This document shows, piece by piece, positions 14,337-26,062 of a stretch of 64,000 bases of DNA. A program made the position numbers and the translations under genes. A model generated the notes under the pieces. It did no database searches. It saw nothing but the letters and a program-made list of their open reading frames with translations, and had not been told where the DNA came from. Position 1 is the stretch's first letter. Every line of letters begins with the position of its first letter. Origin of the DNA: Octopus bimaculoides (Eukaryota); the NCBI RefSeq assembly GCF_001194135.2, contig NC_068985.1, positions 19,529,640-19,593,639 of the forward strand, in the 5' to 3' direction.

Positions 14337-15277
14337 CATATATATATATATATGTGTATATATACACACACATATATTCTTTTATTCTTATACTTGCTTC
14401 AGTCACTAGACTGCGGCCATACTGTAGCACTGCCCTGTGTTTTTAAGCCTGGTCTTTACTCTATCAGTCACTCATAATAGGACTGCTAAGTCAGAGGGAC
14501 ATAAACAAACCAACACTTGTTCTCAAGTGGTGGTGACAGGGCAAATACAAAAACATGCACACGTAGATATATACATGCATACATATATACAATGGACTTC
14601 TTTCAGTTTCTGTCTACTAAATCCACTCACAAGGCTTTGGTTGGCCCTGGACTATAGCAGAAGACACTTGCCCAATGTGTTACACAGAGGGATTGAACCC
14701 AGAACTATGAGGTTGGGAAGAAGCTTCTTACCACACAGCCACACCTGAAACTACATAAAACGAAGGATTTTTCAAAAACCCCTTTCCAGATTACCAATTT
14801 TCAGTTATTTTCATTAATTATCTAATTTTTGCATTTACAAGTGTCTCTTCCCTATCCAAAGAAACAGACTGCAATTAAATACATTAAATAACATTCAATT
14901 GAGCAATACAAACTTCAATAATTTCCAATTGCTAGTCAAATCTCTTTCATTTTTTAAAAATTACTCAGAGATCAACTAATTGGAATGTTCATCAATCTTG
15001 TTAAATGTTTCAAAACCAAATGATTTTAATGATTTTGCAGGGTTATTTTAATGATTTTTATTTTAAATTTTATTTTAACTTTTGTCCAACAGAAGTAAAG
15101 ATTAAATCAATATTTTATTAGAAAAGTCGATTTTTGCAATTCAAGAGAAACATATTAATTTTACTTCTTTTATTTTTTGTTTGTTTTTTCCTTCTTCTTT
15201 AGTTCAATCTATTTACATTGAATAAATATGTAAAATTAAAGGAAAAAACATATATAAATAAATCAAATAAAACTCAC

Positions 15278-15313
15278 TTGACCTTTGTGTGGGCAGTGGA
15301 GATAAGTGAGATG
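15278..15313 (-). CDS. 36-nt phase 1-1 microexon, (A)SHLSPLPTQRS
   Basis: Acceptor ATTTCTATTACTTTAG| and donor CAA|GTGAGT. Exactly 36 nt and stop-free in the frame set by exon 2. Confidence 0.55.
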
Positions 15314-15333
15314 CTAAAGTAATAGAAATTATT

Positions 15334-15556
15334 CAGAGTGGCCAGAGGCATGTATATGAACAACAGAGGCAAATACAGGTGTATCAAATACCATACAATA
15401 TAAATTCATGATTTATTAAAATTATCTCTCCCTCTAGAGTATGACAATTAAGCCCAGCTCCACTTGAGAAGAGAAGATAATCTCAGGAATCAAGAATGTC
15501 TCCAAAGCTGACATGCCATTTAGGAAAAGGATAGTCTTAAGAGAACAGTCGTGAGC
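15334..15556 (+). repeat. Unclassified dispersed repeat; second copy at 544-775 inside the RTE
   Basis: The two copies align directly, e.g. GGCAAATACAGGT(A/G)TATCAAATACCATACAA and CTCCAAAG(T/C)TGACA. Confidence 0.75.
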
Positions 15557-16437
15557 ATGTGTAATTTCCCGGAACTTCCTTCCTATGTTTTCTTTCCAAT
15601 ACTTGACGAAAAGTCGTTCATATTAAGCACTGACTTCTCCCAGTAATTATCTCACTATATTCTAGGAAAATTTGAAAAGGGTATTAATATGGGTCACCCT
15701 CCTTACAAAAACATCAAAAAAAAAGGGTCATTATATTAAAAGGCTCTTTGGTAACTATTGAATGCTTGGACTTTAAGTATTGTATCATTGGCTGATGGCA
15801 AAACATCTTCAAACTATTGACAATAGCTGAAAACTGAAGGTTCATGATGGAGAAACAGGTGAACTAAGAAACTGGATTTGCATAGCAGAACTTGATTTTT
15901 TGTGAGTATCTCACAATTTTTTAGCATTAACACCATTCCCTTCAAAAGACTTTATAAGAGACAAAAAAAAAAAAAAAGAAAGAAACGTGTGATAACATAG
16001 AGATCATCTTCTTCAGTGGAAGAATGTTATATTATGTTATCAATTCAGAATAGGGAGGTTAACCCCACTCTTTCAGAAATATAAACTGTGATTTATCAGA
16101 CAAGAACTTTTCAGTAAGAATCCTGCTACCATTGTCTATAATTTAAAATGACATTATGCTTTTAGTGATAGTTTAACCTATTCAACTCCAACCCACCCAA
16201 AACAACCTCTACTAGAAATAAATTGGTATCTTGAATGAAATGTTATTACATGAAAGATAATTAGATTTTAATTAGTAAGCATTCGTTGTTTATTAAGTTG
16301 AAAGTTATTTTTTTCCCCCATTCACCCACCCATACGTAATTCTTTATTTTGAGGCCTAAAACAAAGGCATTTTATTCTTGTCAGAAATATAATTGCTGAA
16401 GTGTTAATACACTGATTTTTTTTATGGATAAAACACT

Positions 16438-16740
16438 AAAGACCCCCTTCAGTCATGAATGACCATGAGATGGCACCTAGAAAGTTACTCTCTGAGGCAC
16501 AAGTCCAGCAGTCACCCATGCACAACAGCTCCCTCTCTCCATGCCACCGATGTTATCCAAGGGAAAGGAAAAGCCCAATACAGCTTAGGACCAGCAATGT
16601 TGCATATCTTTTCTACAACTGAGTGAACTGGAGCAATGTGAAATAAAGTGCGTTGCTCAAGGACACATCATGCAGCCTGGTCTGAGAATCGAACTCACTA
16701 CCTCATGATTGTGAGCTCAATACTCTAACCACTGAGCCTT
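16438..16740 (-). mobile_element. Second tRNA-head SINE family. Near-full copy also at 34295-34630(-); partial copies at about 55270, 59835 and 61430
   Basis: 16438-16740 and 34295-34630 align throughout: AAGACCCCCTTC(A/G)GTCATGAATGACCATG...GAATCGAACTCACTACCTCATGATTGTGAGC. Confidence 0.85.
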
Positions 16741-19290
16741 AAGAGACATGGTCAACTTCTGTAAGAGAGGAATATAATCAAATAAATTAACACTGTGTCT
16801 GAATAAGTATTTACTTTATCAAATCAAAAGAGTGGAATGGCAAAGGTAAACTTGTTCTAATTTGAACACAGAACCAAGAAAGATGAAACTGAGTAATATA
16901 ATGCATTATATTTGGTTTTCTCCTTTCAATCAACATCTGATAAATGTTTCTACTCAGGTTATAAACAATATTCTTAATCTTTTACTTGTTTCACTTATTG
17001 GAGTGTGAACATGCTGTAGGACCAGTCTGAAAGGTTCAGTCAAACCAACTGACAGCAGTACTTATTTTTAAGTCTGGTACTTATCCTATCAATCTCTTTA
17101 GCCAAACAATCCAAAACCCATTTTCAAAGAGTGGTGAGAATCTCACACACACACACACACATGATGGGCTTCCACAGTTTTCCACCAACCAAATTCACTT
17201 ACAAAGCATTGGTTAGTCTGATGCAATATAAAATATCTGCCCAAAGTATCACACATGGGACTGAACCTGAAACTACATAGTTGCAAAGCCAACTTCTTAA
17301 CCACATTTTTATATGGGAAAACATTTTTGTTTTTAAATTTGTGGACTAAATTAAATACATCCATGTTGGATGAAAAGCCCTATATTTTCCGATGAGAATC
17401 ACAAAATAACTGTACTTCTTACTTATCAATAACCCCCACAATGATCAGTCTGAAATCCACAAATATAGATCAATCATCAACACATAAAATCAATACTATA
17501 TGTTAAAAATTCTATCCTATCAGTCTCAATTCAATCAAACAAAAACACACACACACATCAAATTAATTACAAAATTTAGGGTTGTCAATCACCACAAGTC
17601 ATTTCAAAGGAATTGAAACTACCATGCACCAACTAAATCCAACTTGTTTGTTTCTGCTGTTGTCATTACCAGTTTTCAATCATACTAAAGCACAATAGAA
17701 ATTAAAATACATGCAACATGCCCTGACTATTATGTCACATATCACACAGCCAACCCCTATGTGGCAGAATGTACAAAATGACCACTACACAGACAAAAGT
17801 ATGTGAAACCCTTATAGCCTGCTTCTAAATATTGAGTCTTTTAAGTCTGTTGAGGCAAAAAAAAAAAAAATTAAAAAATAAGAATCCTGAACAAGAACAA
17901 GACCTATATTTATCAGTATTTGGAAAACAATTATGAACTTCAATATGAAATGATCTTATCAAAGGCCTGCAGCCTCAATCCTCATTGAGGTTGACTGCCA
18001 TGGTTTCCTAGCAAGATAAATGTCCTGTTTCTTCCAGAAGATTGGTTTGAAACCCAAATAACTGAAAAAGCCATGCAACTAAGACCAACGCAAGGTGGTT
18101 ACAATTGACAAATCATTGCAGTTGGAACCCTTCAACAAACAAAGGCTAATTTGTCCTTGCTTCACTCAAGCAAAGAATACAGGCTAAGGAACATAACATT
18201 CATGACCCTGAGATACCTGTTGAAGGTAAAGAAGAGTTTCCAACATTGTGACAGCTTTGGTCAGCATCAGGAGAAGAGCTTTAAATAGCTCCCACAGTTT
18301 CTGCTTGGGGCACAAAACATTTCTGATGTTTATTTTTTTTTTATATGAGAGGTTTTCTAACTTGTAATAGCTGTAGTCACCACCAGAAAAGAGCTTGCAA
18401 CTTCATTAAGTAGCTTCTGTTGTTTCTTCATGGGGAAAAGCATCTCTGATATTTATTTCATTTGTTAAAAGAACTTTCATGACATATTGGAAAATGTATA
18501 TTTTACATGTTTACTATTTGTCTATCTACTAAAAATATTGTCATCATCTGATTCATTATTTCCGTTTGGATCACAAACTATACACATTATTTGAAAGTTG
18601 CTTAACTGTTTTGAAATGAAATCTATATCATTTGAATATGAAAAGCATGAGTAAACATGCAAAGTAAACAGAGATAAAATCTATGGACAGAGATGAACAG
18701 GAAAAGACACTGTAAACATGGGTAACTTTTGAGTATCCACTGTGGGCTGTAATGACACAAGTGAAGACTTTGTCTCTGTATAGTGTATTTAGAACAAGTC
18801 TGGCAAAAGCCAGTCATTGCTAAGCTATATTCAAAAGACTTGAACACAAGTAAAAAGTTAGCAAGATACTGATCAATTTTGCAGTGCAATTTGTGGTGAA
18901 AAGAATTATTATTGTGTGATAGATATGCAAACTGGGTCATTCAGAATAAAGTGTCTTGATCATAGAAATAGTATAGTAATAGTGACACCATTGAAACCAC
19001 TAATCTCTTGGTTAGTAGACTGATTGATTTAGCTATCTACAGCTTTCAAACAAAAGTATAGACAGAAATTGGAAGCAGGGTTTAACAGTAAAAAACTGCA
19101 AACAAAAGTGAACATTCAAAGGAATTGACATCAAAGGTAAACATGGAAGAAATTAACAACAAAGGTGAACATTGAAAGAAACACTACATAAAGGTAGGGT
19201 AACTGTAACCAGAATTGAACAAGTACAGAAATTGTAAACAGAAGTAGGAATGATTATAGGTGAGACAGAGAGAGAAACTGTAAATGTGGT

Positions 19291-19745
19291 GTATACAGTG
19301 ACTGAAAAACTGTACACATAAATGACAGAGAATGTAATGTGGAATGTACAGTGACTGAAAAACTGTACATATAAGTGACAGAGTATGTAATGTGGAATCT
19401 ACAGTCACTGAAAAACTGTACACATAAGTGACAGAGAATGTAATGTGAAATGTACAGCAACTGAAAAACTGTATACATAAGTGACAGTGTGTGTAATGTG
19501 GAGTGTACAGGGATTGAAACAGTATGCATGTGACAGAGTATATGGTACAGGAAGTGAAACTGTACACATAAGTATGCGTGTAATGTTGAGGATACAGGCA
19601 CTGAAACTGTACAGATATTTGATGGAGTTTGTAATATTGAGTGTACAGTGAGTGAAACTGTACACATAAGTGACAGGGTGTAATGTTGTATGTATAGGGG
19701 CTGAAACTGTACACAAAGTATATATAGGTGACAATGTATAATGTC
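19291..19745. repeat. About 53-bp-unit minisatellite, roughly 9 units, degenerating rightwards
   Basis: Unit GTACAGTGACTGAAAAACTGTACACATAAGTGACAGAG(A/T)ATGTAATGTGGAAT read directly. Confidence 0.9.
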
Positions 19746-22270
19746 AAGTGCACTGTGATAAAGGAATCCTTATAATGAAGCCAAAACAAATAAATCAAAC
19801 TTAGGAAGCTTAATGGTTGTGGGGAGGGGAAGTGAACAGATCAAATATCTTTGCTATTACATAAAAAAAACTAGCAAATGGTATATAATACTGCATGTTA
19901 TTTGCCCAGCCTTCAACATTTCATTAACTATAATGAACAGAGTAACAGAGCCAAGTGATCTTTTCACATTTAGACATTTAGAGGTACAACATGAATATTA
20001 ATTTCCAAGGCTGTCAAACACATGAAGAACCTATTTCAAAAGTGGAAACCAAAGAAATAAAAAAAAATACTTCATGTATTTGTTTGTTCTTTTCTTTTCT
20101 TTCAATAAATAAACCACATATCCAGCTTCAGGTTAAAAACAAGGTTTCAGTTACAGACGTGGTGTGCCCAAGTGTGTATATTGAGATTGTGCTGTCAAAG
20201 TATACTGTCATTTATTTTATAAAACAAATCCCTAAGACTTTTTTTTTATCAAAAGCCATGAAGTTGTAATGCTAAAATGTTATTCTCACTGGACAAATTT
20301 TTAAAAAAATCACATCACCCTTGAATAACTAGCATTAAAGTCAGCTCTATATATATTTCGCAAGCCATTGTAGTAGAAAAAGAATCTAATTTGTGACAGA
20401 TGTAAAATTAGATTGCTTTCTTACACTTTTATTTCTTCATCTTGCTCTTGTAACACTTAGTTAATTTGGAATTATATTCTCTAATTAAAATATGGTACAA
20501 ATTATAGTAGTGTTGAAAAACAGTAGTTTTCTAATAAATAACCCACTTATTTTCATGTACAACTTTTCTTCCAACTTCACAAGATTATAAATAAGCAAGA
20601 AGGAACAAATTTTACTTCAAGTTTCAATATGATGTGATGTTAGTTCTTATAAACATTTGTAACCCCAGCTTAGACATCTATTTTATAGAATTTTAAAAAT
20701 TATTATATAAGCCTACAAATCAAGTTATTTTTACAGACATACTTTAACTAACCTAAAGTTTTCTTATGCCTAAACACTGCTTGGTGCTGATACTGCTAAA
20801 TTTCTCTCAACTTGTCCAATAGTGCTCAGTCAATGTTGTTGATTATGTTTCAGCTACAGCTATGACTTTAAATTTGCCCAGAGCTACCCAACTTCAGTAT
20901 TTTACATTGATAACAACTAAAGAGCTAGAAATGCTGTGTTTGGGAATCTGATAGAGGGCAACACTGGGCAGTGTTTTTACCATTAGAGAGAATTTTTATC
21001 TCTATGGCAACTGCAGTGAATTTGCCTTTAGAAGTTGAAATATGTCACAAAAATATTTTAACCTAAAGTTTGCTTTTAACAATCTTTATATCATACTTAA
21101 AGCATATTTACTGATGAAAGTCTTCTAAACTGCATTATTTGTCTCAAGAAAGCATCTCTTATAAACATGTCATAGTCTCTTAAAAAGAAAAAACAAATAT
21201 AACAGCAGGTGATGCCACAACTGGGCAATTTTCGCCTGTTGCTGTTATATTTCAGTGCACCATAACACTATATGTCTAAGAGATATTTTCTCAAGATGAA
21301 TATCACAGTTTAGAAAGCTTTCAGCAATAAATACACTTTAAGTATGATATATAAATTTAAAGTAATACTGCTTCCGCTGCAAATAACAAATAAGTAATTT
21401 TTTTCTGTTTTGCAAAATATATTTTACATCAGTGATCGGAACTGAAATATGTCTCATTATTATGACAATGAATAATTTCTAAAATCAATTTTAAATTTAA
21501 AATTCAAAATAAAGTTTTGGCTTGAAAAAATTTTCTTTCCAAATGCTTTGATAAATTACTTTGACGATATTGTTTAAAACAAGTGACTAAACGAAGCAGA
21601 ATTAACAAATTTAATCAATCACCCACTGAAGAATGGAGTTGGGTCACCACTGAAAGATTTAATTTCATGTAACAAGTCAATCTAGCAGCACCCATTCTTC
21701 TCCAAAGATGTGCATACAGTTAATTAACAGAGTGCATCAGAATGCATTTTTTTCTTTTTATTTTCTTAATTTTCTGAGGAATAAAGCTGAGAAAACTGGA
21801 ATAAAACAGTAGTGAGTTCACACTGGATATTTGAGTTTTAACTGATAAAAAAGGAAAAAGAATTCAACCATAAAATCACTCTGCTTGGCCTCACCTTTAC
21901 AATTANNNNNNNNNNNNNNNNNNNNNNNNNNNNNNNNNNNNNNNNNNNNNNNNNNNNNNNNNNNNNNNNNNNNNNNNNNNNNNNNNNNNNNNNNNNNNNN
22001 NNNNNNNNNNNNNNNNNNNNNNNNNNNNNNNNNNNNNNNNNNNNNNNNNNNNNNNNNNNNNNNNNNNNNNNNNNNNNNNNNNNNNNNNNNNNNNNNNNNN
22101 NNNNNNNNNNNNNNNNNNNNNNNNNNNNNNNNNNNNNNNNNNNNNNNNNNNNNNNNNNNNNNAATGGTACTAAAACAAAAAGAAAAAAAACCAAGAGTTT
22201 TAGGACAGATAATTAGAAACAAGAAATAGGATACTTAAGTGTTTCTAGATTCAAATGCCTAGTTTCTTAC

Positions 22271-22316
22271 CTTTCGGCTGTTGCGTGCTGATTGCCGATA
22301 ACGGTGCCATCGACAT
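22271..22316 (-). CDS. First coding segment (MSMAPLSAISTQQPK, phase 1) within exon 22271-22469 of an unidentified protein-coding gene
   Basis: Strong acceptor TTTCTTCTTTCTTTTTCAG| before 22469 and donor AAG|GTAAGA after 22271. CpG retained. ATG at 22316 has A at -3. The phase matches the downstream exons. Confidence 0.68.
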
Positions 22317-23659
22317 CCTAAGGAGCCAGTTATGCAGAGAAGGCAATAATTGTGTTTGTAATATTGCAATCGCGTGTGAGTAACCATAGCAACAAGAATG
22401 AACAGACAGTAAAAGTAGTCAACAGAAGGAAATAGCAGATCCACCAACTCTATAAGCCATGTTTCTAGCCTGAAAAAGAAAGAAGAAATTCAGAAATTAG
22501 TCAATAATAGAAATGGAACAATAATAATTTGATTCAAGAAATTAAAATACATTCATAAAATATGGTTTAAGTTGTAAACAATATGCTTTACAAAGGTTCG
22601 TTGTTTTGTTTGTTTATCTTTTACAACTGACACAAATTCTGTTGTTGGGATAGTACCAATATGCATATTTCATTCCCAAACATTGTAATACTAGACTAAG
22701 TAACAATAGTAACTCTGTCTATAGTTTTAAGGTTTGTCTTTTGCTAGCATTTGAGACTTTACTTAATGTCTTATCAATACCAATCCTTCACTAAAGCATG
22801 CCAAAAATACTGAAACCACATACTACCACTGTCCTTGCTGCATTTTAACAATACTGGTTAAAGTGACATATGATAGATTTATCCAAATAAACAAAGTTCC
22901 ATTGCAGCCCCTTCAAATACTCCTGCTCTATATAGCATATTGTCTCTTCATCCCTGCATTTTGGTTAATCACTGGCTCTCAAGTAAATTCTCTGACCTTT
23001 TGTCTGTGCCTGTACCAACCTTATTTAGTACATCACTTACAAACCCAACACATTTCTATACATGGCTGACACCAATCAAGGTCATTATCTCAGTGATTGT
23101 TTCATTGATCACCCACTCAATGTTTACAATAACCCTCAAGCATTCTCCAAACCTATGTCTAGATGTATCAGTTCACCAGTTTGTGGAGTTGCTTTACATT
23201 GTGGCTCACTCTACACCCACAAACACAAAGAGAAACACACTCATGTTTACATATGTACATATAAATGTATATATGTATAGAACAGCTACCACACAGTTTC
23301 TGTCTACCAAATTAATACGTAAGGTATTGATCAGCCCCTAGCTACAGTGAAAGACACTTGCCTAAAATACCATGCAGTGGGACTGAACCCCAAACCATGT
23401 TGTTACAAAGTGAGATTCTTAACCACACAGCCATATTCCTACTAGATATGTTCTAACTTATGTTGCAATGTTTCATCACTTTGATTCCAGGAAATACAGA
23501 ACAATCCATGAGGCTACTGGTAGGCATCAATTTCATTTCAAATGTAAATTTGAAGACATGAGAGAAACCAGACTAAACAAGAATGCTACAGGATTTTTTT
23601 TTTCTTAATGATCTTTGTAAATCGTCTTGAAACAGATGAAATTATTACAGTTGATATTC

Positions 23660-24080
23660 AATTTAAATATATGTCAACAGATGTCTCTGATGAAAAGTTC
23701 GGGCAGGAAGAGAATTCTAAAGAGTTGATGTTATGGGAGGAAGAATTACATCCAGTGTTTAGTACAAGGCTGGCAGAGTTATACAAACCACGGCTGATGA
23801 GAGGCGAGGATGCAGATATGTGAGAGGGGTTTGAGTGGGAGTTGTATGCAACTAACTGGCTAGTTCAATAAAGCAGGAGCTGTTGTAGCAGCAATAGAAG
23901 AGACAGATTGAGGAGATAGTGCACCTGTGGCCTATAATTTGAAGTATGTTGAAGAGTGAACATTCAGCAACCAATTGTATGGTTTTCTTTTGGATGCAAC
24001 CTAAGATGTTTGTGTATATAACAGCATGCCTTTCAAGATGAAGGAGAAAATATTCCATTGTGGGCCTTACTCAAGCTTTT
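23660..24080 (-). mobile_element. L2/CR1-group LINE 3' fragment
   Basis: VRPTMEY...ILGCIQKKTIQLV...LQIIGHRCTISSICLFYCCYN.SCFIELAS matches the C-terminal pattern RPTLEYC..LDRIQRRAIRL..LQSLAHRR.VSSL.LFYRYY..CSSELAS. Confidence 0.65.
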
Positions 24081-24371
24081 AAGAGAATCAGAAGTTCACT
24101 CAATCTGAAGTATATCTTTATTAAAAGAATGAATTAATAAATTAATGTAATTGTTGAATATTTTTCAATAAATTCAGTAAGGGACTTTATCTTCAGTTGA
24201 AACTTTAAATAGTTTTGTGAACAGAACGTGACAGAAAATAACACCAAAAGGGATAAGATACTAAATGATAGCAAAATCCCCTTTAGAAATCTGTCTTTCA
24301 ATCTTTGCGATAGATGAATGAGTGATTATAATTTTGTAAATAATAAATACGAAATTAATAAGGTACTTCAC

Positions 24372-24540
24372 CTTCAATGTTGACTTGAAACGTCGTCTTC
24401 ATGAAAAGAAAAGTGAATTGACTCAAAGTATTTAGCAGACGATAACTTCTTCACAAATGGAAAAAACGGAATACTTCGGTTATTTCCGGATAATTTCGGT
24501 TTAAACATTGTCGAATACTTGTCTAGAAATTTGTGAGCGG
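24372..24540 (-). other. Probable non-coding first exon of the minus-strand host gene (5' end approximate)
   Basis: Minus-strand donor GAAG|GTGAAG after 24372. CpG-rich sequence directly follows a (TC)n tract. All ATGs in it stop before or just after the junction with exon 2. Confidence 0.55.
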
Positions 24541-25300
24541 GTGTATATGAGAGAGAGAGAGAGAGAGAGACAATGTGAAAGGGAGTGAGAGACAGAGAAA
24601 GAGACACGAGCGAGAGAGAAAGAATTTGAAAGCACGCGCGTGTATCTCTGAATGACAACAGTATTAATGTTACTATCCCACTGCCACTCCATATTTGTCG
24701 CTTACACAACTCTGTCCTCCCCTTCCCTGATATCAGTCACACTCTATGCCGATATGTTTCCCCTCACACTATTGCTCTTACACCTTTCTCATTTTATCAA
24801 TGATAGCCCAACCTACCACATTGATTTTATAATTCCTTTTTTTAAAAATTCTTTTACTTGTTTCAGTCACTTGATCGAACAAATCGATCCCAGAACTTAT
24901 TCTTTGTAAGCCTAGTACTTATTGTATGGGTCTCTTGTGCTGAACCACTAAGTTACGGGGACGTAAAGACACCAACATCGGTTGTCAAGCGCCTACCAAA
25001 TCCACTCACAAGGCTTTGGTTAGCCCAAGGTTATAGTACGAGACACTTGCCCAAGCTGTGATATAAGATATATATTAACACCCGCACGATCTTCACTACA
25101 GTGTTAGGGTTTTAGTGTCAGGGTTAGATTTTTAGGGTTACGGTTACGAACGGAATTCCCTAACGCAAACCTAAACCTAACCCTAACTCTAAACCCTTCA
25201 AAATAAATCACGCTCTCTGTGTCTTTCGCTGTTGTGACGTCGTTTCCCTGTTTCTCTCCAACACTTTTTACGGAAAAGGCCGATATTTAGGACTCGTACC
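24480..25300 (-). promoter_or_regulatory. Putative CpG-retaining promoter region of the host gene
   Basis: CpG density is visibly higher than in the CpG-poor window (GCACGCGCGTG, ACACGAGCGAG, TTCCGGA, GTGACGTCG near 25235). A (GA)n tract adjoins the first-exon candidate. Confidence 0.5.
25104..25196. repeat. Imperfect inverted repeat made of TTAGGG-like and CCCTAA-like units
   Basis: Left arm GGGTTTTAGTGTCAGGGTTAGATTTTTAGGGTTACGGTTACG. Right arm CCTAACGCAAACCTAAACCTAACCCTAACTCTAAACCC. About 10-nt spacer. Confidence 0.85.
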
Positions 25301-26062
25301 TGGCTTTAAAAAATAAAAGAATACTGGGGTCAGTTCATTCAACTAGTAACTCTTCAAGGGCAGTGCCCCAGCATGGTCACAGTCTCATGACTGAAACAAA
25401 TAGGACAAAGGATAAATGGTAGGCTAAAATTCCCCATGGAATCCCCAAGCACTACCTTGCAGTAAGTATAGGCATGAAAGTTATTCGGTCAACACAACTA
25501 TGACTAAAGTAACAAGAACGTGATATTGTCAAAAGCAAAAGATTATTCCGGAATCTAAACAAAGATATTAGTCATTGTTTGTTCTACCCAGTTGTTAATT
25601 TAATTGGGAAGGTAAAAGACAAGTTTAAGCANNNNNNNNNNNNNNNNNNNNNNNNNNNNNNNNNNNNNNNNNNNNNNNNNNNNNNNNNNNNNNNNNNNNN
25701 NNNNNNNNNNNNNNNNNNNNNNNNNNNNNNNNNNNNNNNNNNNNNNNNNNNNNNNNNNNNNNNNNNNNNNNNNNNNNNNNNNNNNNNNNNNNNNNNNNNN
25801 NNNNNNNNNNNNNNNNNNNNNNNNNNNNNNNNNNNNNNNNNNNNNNNNNNNNNNNNNNNNNNNNNNNNNNNNNNNNNNNNNNNNNNNNNNNNNNNNNNNN
25901 NNNNNNNNNNNNNNNNNNNNNNNNNNNNNNNNNNNNNNNNNNNNNNNNNNNNNNNNNNNNNNNNNNNNNNNNNNNNNNNNNNNNNNNNNNNNNNNNNNNN
26001 NNNNNNNNNNNNNNNNNNNNNNNNNNNNNNNNNNNNNNNNNNNNNNNNNNNNNNNNNNNNNN

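Noticed and set aside
19184-19798. Three overlapping Cys/His/Tyr-rich ORFs, and a CRISPR-like look of the array
   Set aside because: They are translations of the 53-bp minisatellite. There are no unique spacers or cas genes, and the context is eukaryotic.
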